Positions 21,381 through 32,666 of a stretch of 64,000 nucleotides of DNA are shown piece by piece. Where the stretch lies: NCBI GenBank assembly GCA_963710605.1, contig CAVQBA010000004.1:544001-608000 (forward strand), given 5' to 3'. The position numbers were made by a program, and so were the translations under genes. Within the stretch, counting starts at the first letter, position 1, and the number at the start of each line of letters is the position of its first letter. Under the pieces are notes generated by a model. It made no database searches. It was not told where the DNA came from and saw nothing but the letters and a program-made list of their open reading frames with translations. The DNA is from an uncultured cyanobacterium (lineage in GTDB: Bacteria; Cyanobacteriota; Cyanobacteriia; Cyanobacteriales; Cyanobacteriaceae).

Positions 21381-23024
21381 TTATTTTAATTGTCCTGAAC
21401 GAATAATTCCAATAATCAACCAAAAACCGAGTAAACTAGCCGCAGTAAATAAAACTGTACTAACGATCGATAATTCTGCTGTTGCCGTACCTGTCGTGAT
21501 TGTTGCCGCTCCCATAATTAATGCACCGACAATGATACTAAACGAAAGTCGATTGGCTGATTGATCTAAACTATTAGATAAAATGGGTAAGTTACGTACA
21601 TTCAAGTTCAGTTTTAATGATTCTGAGGTAATTCTATCTAATAATACGTCTAATTGACGAGGTGAACTCAAACTAAGGCTTTTGAGGTCTAAAGCAACTC
21701 TTAAAAGTGTTTGAGCGGGGTCGTCTCCTAATAGTTGACGGCGAAATAAATCCGTCATTAAAGGTTTAATTTCATCAAGTAAGTTAACTTGAGGATCGAA
21801 TGTACGAGCTACTCCTTCTAAGTTAGCTAATGCTTTAGCGTATAAACCCATGTTGCTGGGCATTTTAATTCCATTTTCACGAGAGATTTCTAATACTTCG
21901 TAAAAAACTTGACTAAAATTAATTTCTGATAAACTTAGATTGTGGTATTTACGCAACATACGATCGTAATTATTCGTTAAACGATCTAAAGTAACAGGTT
22001 GCCCAGCTTCTGCTAGTTCGATCGTTAATTGAGCACATCTTTGAGCATCAATATCCACCACAGCGAGTAACATCTGAGTCAGAATTTGTTGCGTACGGGG
22101 ATCTACTTTACCCATCATCCCGCAATCTAAAATAGCTAGACGACCATCATCAAGATAAAATAAATTACCAGGGTGAGGATCTGCATGGAAAAAACCATCA
22201 ATGTATATTTGTTGAAAGAAAGCTCTAAATAGTAAAGTTGTGAGTTCTCTTTTTTGTTTATTTTCTTCCGAGGCAGTTTGAGCTATTTTAGAAGATAATA
22301 AAGGTACTCCATTTAACCATTCAATAATTAAAATTTTAGAAGTACTATATTGCCAATAAACTTTTGGTACAACAATATTAGTGGGATCAAACCACTTACT
22401 TTGAGAAAGATTTGATTGTAGTTGTTCGGTATATCTACCTTCTATTTGATAATCTAATTCGGCGGTGATGGCATTAGTAAATTCTTCTGCTAAAGATACT
22501 AAATCAAAATCTTTGCCAAAATCTGTCAAAGAAGCTAATTCAGCTAAGCTAATAATCAATGAAATATCTTTAGCAACTACTTGTTCAATATTGGGGCGTT
22601 GTACTTTAAGGGCGACTGGCGTACCATCAGCTAAGATTGCTTTGTGGACTTGACCAATTGAACCGGCGGCGATCGCTTCAGGGTCAACACTATGAAAAAC
22701 TCGATCGATCGGTTGACCTAATTCTATTTCGATTAATCTTTTAACTTCACCCCAACCTACAGGGGGTACATTAGCTTGTAAATCACTTAAAGCATCAATA
22801 TATCTAGAAGGCAACACATCTGGGCGGGTAGAGAGGAGTTGTCCTAATTTGACATAAACTGGACCTAACTCAAGAAGTATATTACGTAATACCTCAGGAG
22901 AAGGCAATTTCGGCTCACTAGCTTTGCCTCCACTTAACAAACCCCGCATATAATCCCAGCCATTGCTGAAGACAATTTCTAATATTTCACGCTGTCTAGA
23001 TGTAGTTTGAGTTAGGGAAAACAT
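21381..23024 (-). CDS. AarF/ABC1/UbiB family atypical kinase
   Basis: LGPVYVKLGQ.LSTRPD, AAGSIGQVH, VALKVQRP, FFHADPHPGN, LDCGM.G; two C-terminal TM helices. Confidence 0.95.
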   Translation of the reverse strand: MFSLTQTTSRQREILEIVFSNGWDYMRGLLSGGKASEPKLPSPEVLRNILLELGPVYVKLGQLLSTRPDVLPSRYIDALSDLQANVPPVGWGEVKRLIEIELGQPIDRVFHSVDPEAIAAGSIGQVHKAILADGTPVALKVQRPNIEQVVAKDISLIISLAELASLTDFGKDFDLVSLAEEFTNAITAELDYQIEGRYTEQLQSNLSQSKWFDPTNIVVPKVYWQYSTSKILIIEWLNGVPLLSSKIAQTASEENKQKRELTTLLFRAFFQQIYIDGFFHADPHPGNLFYLDDGRLAILDCGMMGKVDPRTQQILTQMLLAVVDIDAQRCAQLTIELAEAGQPVTLDRLTNNYDRMLRKYHNLSLSEINFSQVFYEVLEISRENGIKMPSNMGLYAKALANLEGVARTFDPQVNLLDEIKPLMTDLFRRQLLGDDPAQTLLRVALDLKSLSLSSPRQLDVLLDRITSESLKLNLNVRNLPILSNSLDQSANRLSFSIIVGALIMGAATITTGTATAELSIVSTVLFTAASLLGFWLIIGIIRSGQLK

Positions 23025-23115
23025 TAAAATTGTTACCTATTTTAATTAAGGAGTGGATAATTGACAATTAATAATTCTTAATTATTAATCACTAATTACT
23101 AATTATCAATTTTTT

Positions 23116-23592
23116 TTATGCTTCTTGCCACATTTGAGCAATTTTACCCGGTAAAAACTGACCGATTTCGGCTATTTTTTCTGCCGATAGTTCTTCTTTG
23201 GTTGCACTGAAAACTGTAGAGATTACTTTTTCACCAGTAGTGGTGTTAGGTAAGCCACCTTCTTGCTCGACACGAGTAATGAAAAGTTTATCGTTGATGG
23301 TGAAAGGTGCTTTTCCCTTAAAACGAGGACGGATTTTACTAATCCAAGAAACTAAGGGGTTAGTATCTTTCCATATGTCTTTAAGAGAATCGCCGTTTAA
23401 AGCATCGACCATATTGCCTTCTAATTCTTCGGCTACATCATCAATCATATCTCTAGGGATTAAATCGCGCATTGTTCGATAAACAATTTCGGTTAATTCC
23501 TTCGCATCATAGATATTTTCTAAATCAGCGTTTTGTTGAATTTTTTCTAAAAAAGGTTTGTGAGTTTCTGCAATTGTTTCGTTAGTAGCCAT
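23116..23592 (-). CDS. DUF2267 domain protein
   Basis: PFLEKI, VYRTMRDL, VFSATKEELS..I...LPG....W. Confidence 0.8.
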   Translation of the reverse strand: MATNETIAETHKPFLEKIQQNADLENIYDAKELTEIVYRTMRDLIPRDMIDDVAEELEGNMVDALNGDSLKDIWKDTNPLVSWISKIRPRFKGKAPFTINDKLFITRVEQEGGLPNTTTGEKVISTVFSATKEELSAEKIAEIGQFLPGKIAQMWQEA

Positions 23593-24017
23593 AAATATTA
23601 TTAATTTTTTTTAACTTCCATCTTAGGATACGAATAAACACTCTCAATATGTATCTATCTGAGGATGTATTAATCGATCTAACTTTAGAAAGATCTTTTT
23701 TCTTTTCGATCGGTTAAGTTAAAATAATTGATAATTAATAATTTATTTTTCTGTTCAGAAGGTAAATAAATATCACTATTTTATAAATAATATAAATAGT
23801 TGCTCTTGGTTACAAATCAATCGTACCACTATTGATTTTTAACTGCCAAATAACTGCCAGATAGCTTAAAAGTTAGTATTTATAGTCAATACTTTAGTCT
23901 TTTAATCAAAAAACATCTAATCTAGTTAACCGCACCAAAAGTAATTTTCTGATGCAGTCATAGACAAAAGAAAGATTCAATAGTTAATAAATTAGACTAT
24001 TAACTATTAACTATTAA

Positions 24018-25238
24018 CTATTCAGGCTCAACCCATCTATCATCAGCTTTAATCAAATTAATCAATTCTTGTACTCCTTCAGTTTCAGGCACTTTTTTAA
24101 TTTCTTCTCTTCCACGATACAAAGAAATAAAACCGGGTTGCTTACCAACATAACCATAGTCAGCATCAGCCATTTCACCTGGCCCGTTTACAATACAACC
24201 CATGACGGCAATGTCCAAGCCTGTGAGGTGTTTTGTTGCTTCTCTAACTTGATGTAATACTTCTTCTAGATTAAATAAAGTACGTCCACAAGAAGGGCAA
24301 GCTACGTATTCCACCATGGTTTTGCGTAAACCCAGAGCTTGCAAAATACTGTAGCAAACAGGGATTTCTTTTTCCGGATTTTCGGTTAAAGAAACACGAA
24401 TAGTATCACCAATACCATCAGCTAAAAGAGTACCTATACCGGCTGTGGATTTAATTCTGCCATATTCTCCATCACCTGCTTCTGTGACTCCTAGATGTAA
24501 AGGATAATCCATCCCCAACTCATCCATTTTTTTGACCATCAAACGGTAAGCCGCTAACATTACGGGTACACGAGAGGCTTTCATGGAGATAACGATATTA
24601 CGAAAATCAAGAGACTCACAGATATGAATAAATTCTAATGCTGACTCTACCATTCCTTGGGGTGTATCACCGTAGGTAAAAAGCATTCTTTCGGATAATG
24701 AGCCATGATTTACCCCAATACGCATTGCTTTACCTTGATCTCTTAAGGAGACGACTAAAGGTTCAAGAGTTTCTTTAATTTTCGCTCCAATATCGGCAAA
24801 TTCAGTTTCTGAATATTCATCTCGATCGCTTTTTGGTTTTTCAAATACATACAAACCCGGATTGATACGTACTTTATCTACGTGTTTAGCTACTTCTAAA
24901 GCAATTTTCATCCCATTATGATGAACATCAGCCACTAACGGTACAGGTTGATAAGTATCAGCGAGTTTTTGTTTGATTTCGGCTAAGGCTTTAGCGTGTG
25001 CCATACTCGGTACAGTGACTCTAACTATTTCACAACCGATTTCATGTAAACGACGAATAGAATTTACTGAACCTTCAATATCAAGAGTATCCTCATTAAT
25101 CATCGACTGCACAACTACAGGATTGTTACCGCCGATAGTAACGCTACCTACTTTTACAGGGCGTGTTTTACGTCTATGAATTGTAGTATCAAATAAGTTA
25201 TCTTCAGCACTATCTATAGGCTTATCAATAGTTTGCAT
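24018..25238 (-). CDS. ispG: (E)-4-hydroxy-3-methylbut-2-enyl-diphosphate synthase
   Basis: [53 protein letters not shown]. Confidence 0.98.
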   Translation of the reverse strand: MQTIDKPIDSAEDNLFDTTIHRRKTRPVKVGSVTIGGNNPVVVQSMINEDTLDIEGSVNSIRRLHEIGCEIVRVTVPSMAHAKALAEIKQKLADTYQPVPLVADVHHNGMKIALEVAKHVDKVRINPGLYVFEKPKSDRDEYSETEFADIGAKIKETLEPLVVSLRDQGKAMRIGVNHGSLSERMLFTYGDTPQGMVESALEFIHICESLDFRNIVISMKASRVPVMLAAYRLMVKKMDELGMDYPLHLGVTEAGDGEYGRIKSTAGIGTLLADGIGDTIRVSLTENPEKEIPVCYSILQALGLRKTMVEYVACPSCGRTLFNLEEVLHQVREATKHLTGLDIAVMGCIVNGPGEMADADYGYVGKQPGFISLYRGREEIKKVPETEGVQELINLIKADDRWVEPE

Positions 25239-25340
25239 CGTTAAAAATTAATGATAATTATTATTTTCAACTACATTTTAATCTACTATGGTTCACAAAA
25301 GTTAAAAGTTAAGAGTTAAAAGTTAAGAGTTAAGAGTCAA

Positions 25341-26810
25341 TTATCTTTTTTCCTTTATCCCTAATTCTTGTTCTATAGGTGGAGGATTAAATTTAATCAC
25401 AATCAAAGTAATATCGTCATTATTTGCTTGATTATCACCGACAAATTTTTTAATTTCCCGAAAGATATAATTGAGAATTTTTTCTGCGGTTTTGTATCTT
25501 TTACAACCAAGCTCAAAACAAGCAACGAGGTTATCTTCATCAAATCTTTGATTGTTAGCATTAACCGCATCAGTCAAACCATCGGTGTAATAAAGAATTG
25601 TATCATTTGGTTTTAACTGTATAGAATCTTCTTGATAAGCTGAATTTGGTTGTAAACCAATTAACATTCCGTCAGTATCTAGACGAATAATACTAGTAGA
25701 TTCATTTTCTCGCCAAAGTAAAGGAGGGTTATGAGCGGCATTAGCATAATTCAAAATATGTGTTTGAGGATTATATTCTGAATAAAATAAGGTGACAAAC
25801 CGATGTGAATTTTCTAAATCAGCAAACATAACTCGATTTAAATGACTTAACACTCGTGCTGGTGAGTGACGATTCAAAACTTCTGCTCGTAACATTCCCC
25901 TCGTCATCGTCATAATTAACCCGGCGGGTACACCTTTGCCCATAACATCGCCGATAACAATACTCCAAGGCTGACTTGCCGCATTTTCTTGCTGTTCGTT
26001 ATTGTGATCCCATTGATCGTAATTGACGGGAATAAAATCATAATAGTCTCCGCCTACACGATTAGCGGTTTTACATTTAGCGGCGACATCTAATCCTTTA
26101 ATTGAAGGAAATTTTCGTGGTAATAATTGTAATTGAATTTCTGAGGCGATTTCTAATTCTCTATCTTGACGCTCTTTTGATCTTAATTCTAGAGTTAGTC
26201 TGTTATTAGCGATCGCTACAGAAGTTTGATCGGCAACTAGTTGAACTAATTTACGACGAGTATTTGTCCATGTATAGTCACTATCTTTACTAAAAACATA
26301 TATTCTGCCTTGTTCTATATTTTTGACTAAAATAGGCGTACTAAAAATATTTAACCAAGAAGAAAATTTACGCTCTAGTTGATTCTCAACATATGTAGGA
26401 AAAGATTCTAAGGAAAATAATTTGGTAGAGCTATGTTTTTGTTGTCGTGAATAACTATTGATATTAGTGACGACTGACTGAAAAGAATTAAAGATTTTGT
26501 CTCGCCATTGATCATTGTTGCAATAAATCTGCTCTAAACGAACTCTATTTTCGCTGTAAAGCATTAAGACTGCCCCATCAGCATCGGTAACCCTAGCTAC
26601 CATCAAAGGAGTTAAATCCAAAAATTGATTTAGGTTATGAAAACTACGTAAACCATAACTTAAAGAACCTAGTAAATCTTGTATTTTATTCTGTTCTCTT
26701 TGTAAACTAGCTACTAACTCTTTTAAAGCCACAACAGAATCTTTATCAGTTGAATAACCAAATGTACCTTCTTCTGAATTATTAGAATAATTTTGATTAA
26801 AAATAGCCAC
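25341..26810 (-). CDS. GAF plus PP2C (SpoIIE) Ser/Thr phosphatase
   Basis: VGGDYYD, IGDVMGKG.PA, NAAHNPP, YTDGLTDA, DDIT. Confidence 0.93.
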   Translation of the reverse strand: MAIFNQNYSNNSEEGTFGYSTDKDSVVALKELVASLQREQNKIQDLLGSLSYGLRSFHNLNQFLDLTPLMVARVTDADGAVLMLYSENRVRLEQIYCNNDQWRDKIFNSFQSVVTNINSYSRQQKHSSTKLFSLESFPTYVENQLERKFSSWLNIFSTPILVKNIEQGRIYVFSKDSDYTWTNTRRKLVQLVADQTSVAIANNRLTLELRSKERQDRELEIASEIQLQLLPRKFPSIKGLDVAAKCKTANRVGGDYYDFIPVNYDQWDHNNEQQENAASQPWSIVIGDVMGKGVPAGLIMTMTRGMLRAEVLNRHSPARVLSHLNRVMFADLENSHRFVTLFYSEYNPQTHILNYANAAHNPPLLWRENESTSIIRLDTDGMLIGLQPNSAYQEDSIQLKPNDTILYYTDGLTDAVNANNQRFDEDNLVACFELGCKRYKTAEKILNYIFREIKKFVGDNQANNDDITLIVIKFNPPPIEQELGIKEKR

Positions 26811-27018
26811 AGGAATATGATAAAGCCAAGAAATGAGTAACGAGACTCGATATTGTTATGATGTAACAGTATTTCAATTATGGATCAAATATCAATAAAA
26901 TTCTGAATAATTGAATACAGGAACTACTATAACTTACTTTTTCTGGTTAAGCAGTAAAAAGACTAATCAATAATTAATAATTAATAATTGCCTACTCTAA
27001 ACTATTGATTGTAATCAT

Positions 27019-29976
27019 CTACTTTTTAGTAATATTTTTTAATAAACCACGAACTTGTTTTAATAAATGATCTTTATTATAAGAGCCTTTTTGTAAAATA
27101 GCAGAAACACGACCATTTAAACGTTGTCGATCGTCTTGGGTGATATCTTTGGCTGTAATAATAATGATAGGTATATCTTGCCAATTGGAATTTTGTTGAA
27201 TACTATTTGCGACTTCAAAACCATCAACTTCAGGCATCATTAAATCAAGTAATAATAATTGAGGGTGATAAGATTCAAGTAATTTTAAAGCTTGCTCACC
27301 ATTAATCGCTTCTAATACTTGCCAACCTTCTTTTTGTAATATATTTGTCAGCAAATTTCTACTATTGATGTCATCATCAACTACCATAGCTAACCGAGTC
27401 GAATCATGAGAACGATATTTAGTTAACACTTTTCTTAACTCTTGAGTGTTAATTGGTTTAGTTAAGTAATTTGTTGCACCTAAAGTATATCCCAAATTTT
27501 GTTCTTGAAGTAACGTTGCCATAATCACAGGTATTGTCGCTAAATCTGAGTCTGATTTAAGATGATTAAGAACTGACCAACCATCCATTATCGGCATCAT
27601 TACATCTAAAATAATAACGTTAGGACGAATATTTCTAGCTAACTCTATTCCCTCAAATGGATTAGTTGTAGTAATGACATCAAATCCTTCAGGTGCTAAA
27701 TAACGTTTCATTAAATCTAAAACATTAATATCGTCGTCGATAACTAATACTTTATTTTCCCTAATTGGTATTAATAATGACTGAGTCAATGTTGGCGTAG
27801 AAGTTGATACTTCAGTCGGTTGATTTTGAGCTGTCACTAACACAGGTAATTCGATCGTAAATATTGTTCCTTTTCCTAATTCACTTTTTAGTTTAATCTC
27901 TCCCCCCATCATCTCACAAAACTTTTTGGTAATTGTTAATCCTAAACCTGTACCACCATATTGACGAGTAGTAGAAGCATCAGCTTGAGTAAAAGGTTGA
28001 AATAGCTGATTAATTTGCTCGTTACTAATACCGATACCATTATCTTCTACTTGGATTTGAAGCCAATCTTGGTTATTTTGCTTATAAATGTTAATTTTTA
28101 AGAAGATAAGTCCTTGTTGAGTAAATTTACTGGCATTACTCAGTAAATTGAATAATATCTGTCTAAACTTAGTCATATCAGCATAGATTAAACCAATTTC
28201 GTCAGCATATCTCAACTCAAATTGATTTTGGTTTTTTTCAATTAAAGGTTGAGCGGTAACAATTATTTCTTCTAATAAAGATTTTAGCTCAAATTCTTCT
28301 AAAAATAACTCCATCTTACCTGCTTCAATTTTGGAAATATCGAGTATATCGTTAATCAGAGAAAGTAGATGTTTTCCGGCACTTTGAATCTTAATTAAAT
28401 CAGGGATAAATTCTTTTTGTTCTAAATCTTGGGCATCTTCAATCAGTATTTCACCATAACCAATAATGGCATTAAGCGGTGTACGTAGTTCGTGACTCAT
28501 GTTAGCTAGAAATTGACTTTTAGCTTGATTGGCTTCTTCAGCGGTTTTTTGTGATTTAGCTGAAACTTTTAATGCTGAAGATAGTTGATCAACTTTTTGT
28601 TGTAATTCTGATTCTAAGTTAGTATTAGTATGCTCTAGCTGTTGAAATGATTGTTGTAGTTGTTGTGCCATTGTCTGAAAAGAAGTAGCTAATTCTCCTA
28701 ACTCGTCTTGACGAGATAATCTAATTTTTTGCTCCCAATCTCCTTTAGCAAGGTTTTTAGCGGCGTTATTTAGTTGTAAAATTGGTTCTATAAGCCAACG
28801 TCGCATTGTCGGGCGAATCACAAAAATAGTGAGTAATAACATCACTGCACCAATACCATAACCAACAAAAATGATGTAACGTAATTTGTTTTCTCTTAAC
28901 GATAAAGGTGTACCAACATAAGCAATACCAACTGGGGTGGCTAATTCAGGATTAAGTTGCCAACGATGATCATAGATTGGGCTATAGCCTGTATAGTATT
29001 CTTGACCAATTATATTGGCTTGTCCTAAATAGATTGATTTTTCATTTAAAACTGTTTGAGCAACTTGACGAGATACTCTAGTACCAATAGCACGAGTTGG
29101 ATTTGTGGCTTGGGATTCGTAAGGCACATTAGTCGAGATACGCCAGTCTTGAGCAAAGATAGTAGCTGTATTTATACCTGCAATTTCTTCTACTTGATCA
29201 ACGATATGATAGTTACGATTAAGTAAGTTACCAGTTATGGTTGTACCAACTATTTCACCGTCAACAATTATTGGTGAAACACTCATAATAACTAAACCTA
29301 TTTTACCTCGATCGATAAAGTAAGTTTCTTCAGGAAAAGGTTTTTTGAGTAATGGTAAGTTATCAGTTTCTTGTGGGCGAATACCAATATCTGCTTGTGT
29401 GGCTAACCCCAGACGTTTTAAATATTTACTCTCAATTAATTCTATTCCTGAAAGGCTTTGCTTAGTTAAAAAAACTTGGTTAACTATTGGTAAGTCTTTT
29501 AGTTGAATTTTTTTAGGCACTGATAAAGAGCGAAATACCGTCTTTTCTGGTTTATCTGGTAGTTGAGGATATTGATCAAAGTTTTGGTCAATAATTAATA
29601 TTTTTTGGAAAATTGTTTCTCCTTGAGAATTAGTGATTAAATGGAAGCTATGATCGGCATTTAGTGATGTAAATTGATCAAAAATTTCTTCGACTTGAGC
29701 TTGTTGTTCAACATCATTAATATCTAAGTTACGATTTTCAATTAGTCTTGCTAGTTGAGTTGATTCTTCTTCTATATGTTCTTTTTCTTCTCTTATTTTT
29801 TCTTCTAATATTCTTAATTCGATCGCTATTTCTGATTTAATTAATTTTTTTTCTTCTCGTGGAATTAAAAATAAATTTACTTGAGTAATCACTATAATCG
29901 GTAAACCAATCGTAATTATTAACAAAAAAGATAATTTTTGATTCAAATTTAAACTTTTCCACAAGTTAGCTTTCAT
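27019..29976 (-). CDS. Hybrid sensor histidine kinase (Cache, HAMP, HisKA, HATPase, 2 REC domains)
   Basis: RISTNV...RAIGT Cache, DELGELA.SF HAMP, FLANMSHELRTPLNAI, GGTGLGL, two receiver domains (LDVMMP, LDLMMP). Confidence 0.95.
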   Translation of the reverse strand: MKANLWKSLNLNQKLSFLLIITIGLPIIVITQVNLFLIPREEKKLIKSEIAIELRILEEKIREEKEHIEEESTQLARLIENRNLDINDVEQQAQVEEIFDQFTSLNADHSFHLITNSQGETIFQKILIIDQNFDQYPQLPDKPEKTVFRSLSVPKKIQLKDLPIVNQVFLTKQSLSGIELIESKYLKRLGLATQADIGIRPQETDNLPLLKKPFPEETYFIDRGKIGLVIMSVSPIIVDGEIVGTTITGNLLNRNYHIVDQVEEIAGINTATIFAQDWRISTNVPYESQATNPTRAIGTRVSRQVAQTVLNEKSIYLGQANIIGQEYYTGYSPIYDHRWQLNPELATPVGIAYVGTPLSLRENKLRYIIFVGYGIGAVMLLLTIFVIRPTMRRWLIEPILQLNNAAKNLAKGDWEQKIRLSRQDELGELATSFQTMAQQLQQSFQQLEHTNTNLESELQQKVDQLSSALKVSAKSQKTAEEANQAKSQFLANMSHELRTPLNAIIGYGEILIEDAQDLEQKEFIPDLIKIQSAGKHLLSLINDILDISKIEAGKMELFLEEFELKSLLEEIIVTAQPLIEKNQNQFELRYADEIGLIYADMTKFRQILFNLLSNASKFTQQGLIFLKINIYKQNNQDWLQIQVEDNGIGISNEQINQLFQPFTQADASTTRQYGGTGLGLTITKKFCEMMGGEIKLKSELGKGTIFTIELPVLVTAQNQPTEVSTSTPTLTQSLLIPIRENKVLVIDDDINVLDLMKRYLAPEGFDVITTTNPFEGIELARNIRPNVIILDVMMPIMDGWSVLNHLKSDSDLATIPVIMATLLQEQNLGYTLGATNYLTKPINTQELRKVLTKYRSHDSTRLAMVVDDDINSRNLLTNILQKEGWQVLEAINGEQALKLLESYHPQLLLLDLMMPEVDGFEVANSIQQNSNWQDIPIIIITAKDITQDDRQRLNGRVSAILQKGSYNKDHLLKQVRGLLKNITKK

Positions 29977-30183
29977 AATAAATAATGAACAGTGAACGAT
30001 CGAATAGTAAAAAACGAATTATTAGTAACGAATCTTAATTACTTTTTCTTACCTTACTCTTGTTTTTAAGCTAATTGTCAACTGTCGATTGCCAATTGTC
30101 AACTATCAAATTTTATAATTGATTTTTTGACTATCGCACCCACGAGATAATTATAAAACAAACTTTATTTTTTTACTTAACTA

Positions 30184-30810
30184 TTAACTACGATAGTTCA
30201 TTCCCGAAGCGAGAAAATTAACTAACTTACTAACAACCTTGTCTATTTCCTCAATCGATTTTTTTTGAATCAAACTATGAGGTTTTTGGGCTTGAGTCAA
30301 GACACGAATTAAACTAGCGATAACTAAATCTAATTGCCAGTGAATTTCGTTACGAGTCTGATTTGGTAATACTCTTTGTAAAGCGTCTAAATAAGCCGTT
30401 TGACTTTCTTGAAACTCTTCTTCTGCTATTATACCAACTGAATATGGTTCGAGGCGACATCTACCCATAAATCTAGCACAATACAATTTACGATCGCCAC
30501 TATTAAGTATTACTTGTAATGGTGGAGTTAAAAAACAAGTTAAAACTTCTTCTAGAGTATAATCTGGTTTTTCTTCTTTTAATTTTGCTAATAACCTCAA
30601 TTCTCCTTCGACGACAGGTTGCGAAATTCTCATAACTACGGCACGAAATAATTCTTCTTTTGAACCAAAATGATAATGTACTGCGGATAAGTTTACTTCT
30701 GCCTCACTGATGACACTACGCAATGATGTACCAGCAAAACCATTTTCAGCAAATAGTTTCTCGGCAACGTTTAATATTTGTTCTTTAGTGTCAATTGAAG
30801 GTTTGGTCAT
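30184..30810 (-). CDS. TetR/AcrR family regulator (PsrA-like)
   Basis: TKEQIL.VAEKLFAE.GF.GTSLR....A.VNLSAVHYHFGSKEEL HTH; divergent from the RND genes. Confidence 0.93.
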   Translation of the reverse strand: MTKPSIDTKEQILNVAEKLFAENGFAGTSLRSVISEAEVNLSAVHYHFGSKEELFRAVVMRISQPVVEGELRLLAKLKEEKPDYTLEEVLTCFLTPPLQVILNSGDRKLYCARFMGRCRLEPYSVGIIAEEEFQESQTAYLDALQRVLPNQTRNEIHWQLDLVIASLIRVLTQAQKPHSLIQKKSIEEIDKVVSKLVNFLASGMNYRS

Positions 30811-30811
30811 A

Positions 30812-30829
30812 TTCAAACAAGTGTTGGAA
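30812..30829. promoter_or_regulatory. Putative TetR operator
   Basis: Near-palindrome TTCAAACA-AG-TGTTGGAA directly before the tetR ATG; related site at 31102-31119. Confidence 0.6.
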
Positions 30830-31101
30830 CTTTACTTATTGTACATCACAACATAGTTCAATAATTGACAATTGATAATTGACAATTGACAATTAAAAAT
30901 TATAATTGTTTTAATTAACACAGCAAGGCAATTCAAACAAATTTGTAGGGGGGGAGACACACTCTACACTGTTAATTTACAAGCAAATACTATTAGTCTC
31001 TCTCAAATTGTTTCATTCTTACAAGAAATACTAGACTCATCATTTCATTTAACTGTAGAATAATTTTTTTCGCTCGATGTTTAATTTTAATTAGCTTATT
31101 A

Positions 31102-31120
31102 TTCAAACGTTTGTTATAAT
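31102..31120. promoter_or_regulatory. Putative TetR operator overlapping the TATAAT -10 of the efflux operon
   Basis: TTCAAACG-TT-TGTTATAA; TATAAT at 31115-31120. Confidence 0.55.
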
Positions 31121-31234
31121 TTTTGCTAACAGATATAGTTAAGTTGTTTGTTGTTATGGTGAACGCTAAATTATTTTTTTTAACCGAAAATTTTGACGAT
31201 CTCTTATCTTGAATAGTTATCAAATACAACAGTT

Positions 31235-32605
31235 ATGGCTACAAACAAAATAAATAAAACCGAAATAAATTTAGAAGATAATTTCCTACATACTTCTTCA
31301 ACTAATAAGAACAAATTTAATAAACTTATTTATCTAATTTTAATTTTAGCGGGGATTGTTGGGTATATTTCAATCGATCGTTTTAATTTATTTTCATCAT
31401 CCGCATTACCAGAATCTCCAGTTGAAGAAAAAGTAGAACAAGCAAAAGCCTTAACTGTTTCAACGATCGAGATCGAACCAGTTAATTCTTATCAAGTATC
31501 TCGTAGCTATACAGGAGAAATAGCCGCAATTAGGACAAGTGAATTAGGATTTTCTCGTGGTGGAGAGCTAATCCAAATTTTAGTTAGTGAAGGCGATCGT
31601 ATTTCTCAAGGTACAATTGTCGCTCTTTTAGATACAAGAGAATTAAAAGCCCAACGTCAGCAATTAGTAGCTGAAAAAGTAGGCGAAAACGCTCGTTTAG
31701 CAGAGTTAAAAACAGGGGCAAGAATTGAAGATATTGATGCGGCAAGAGCAGATGTCAGAGATTTAGAGCAACAATTAAAGTTACAACAAAAACAAAGAGA
31801 AAGAAGAGAATTTTTGTATAACGAAGGGGCAATTTCAAGAGAAGAATTAGACGAATTTTCTTTTGGAGAAGGAGCATTAAACGCAAGACTAGCTAAAGCT
31901 AAAAGTGTCTTAGCTGAATTAAATAACGGTACACGCCCAGAAAAAATCGCCGCTCAACAAGCAGTAATCGATCGATTGAATGCCCGAATTGCCGAAATAG
32001 ATGTCACGATCGATCGAAGTAGTATCAAAGCACCTTTTAACGGTATCGTTGCCGAACGTTTTTTAGATGAAGGTACAGTAGTCAATACAGCACAATCAGT
32101 CATTCGTTTGTTAGAAAATACCACCCCTGAAGCGAGAATTGGCATACCTAGCAATACAATCCAACAATTACGAGTCGGAAGTTATCGTGACTTAAAAATT
32201 GGCGATCGAATCTATCGAGGACAAATCACATCTATCTTACCTGAGATCGATACCGATACACGAACTCAAATAGTTGTTTTTCAGTTAGAACGATCGGCGA
32301 TTACTCAAATTAACCCCAATCAAATAGTAACCCTAAATTTGAGCCAAAGTATTCCGACAGATGGTTATTGGTTGCCAATGACGGCATTAACTCAAGGTAT
32401 TAAAGGTTTATGGAGTTGTTATGTAGTGATTCAAGAACAAGAAGGAGAAGATTTATATAGAGTTGAGCAAAAAGCAGTAGAAGTTATTAATCAAGAAAAC
32501 GATCGAGTTTTTGTCAGAGGTACATTGCGATCGGGTGATTTGGTTGTTACTGATGGGATTCATCGTCTCGTACCAAAACAAGTTGTTCGCATTATTGACA
32601 ATTGA
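31235..32605 (+). CDS. RND efflux periplasmic adaptor (MFP)
   Basis: N-terminal TM, lipoyl-like halves (G.L..I.V.EGDR; IKAPFNG.V), coiled-coil hairpin. Confidence 0.93.
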   Translation: MATNKINKTEINLEDNFLHTSSTNKNKFNKLIYLILILAGIVGYISIDRFNLFSSSALPESPVEEKVEQAKALTVSTIEIEPVNSYQVSRSYTGEIAAIRTSELGFSRGGELIQILVSEGDRISQGTIVALLDTRELKAQRQQLVAEKVGENARLAELKTGARIEDIDAARADVRDLEQQLKLQQKQRERREFLYNEGAISREELDEFSFGEGALNARLAKAKSVLAELNNGTRPEKIAAQQAVIDRLNARIAEIDVTIDRSSIKAPFNGIVAERFLDEGTVVNTAQSVIRLLENTTPEARIGIPSNTIQQLRVGSYRDLKIGDRIYRGQITSILPEIDTDTRTQIVVFQLERSAITQINPNQIVTLNLSQSIPTDGYWLPMTALTQGIKGLWSCYVVIQEQEGEDLYRVEQKAVEVINQENDRVFVRGTLRSGDLVVTDGIHRLVPKQVVRIIDN

Positions 32606-32666
32606 CAATTATCTACTTTATCTAAAAATGAAACTTATATAGCTTTGCGTAAAATAATTTTTAGAC

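Noticed and set aside
30993-31229. 78-aa ORF in the tetR-MFP intergenic region
   Set aside because: Low-complexity AT-rich translation that overlaps promoter and operator elements.
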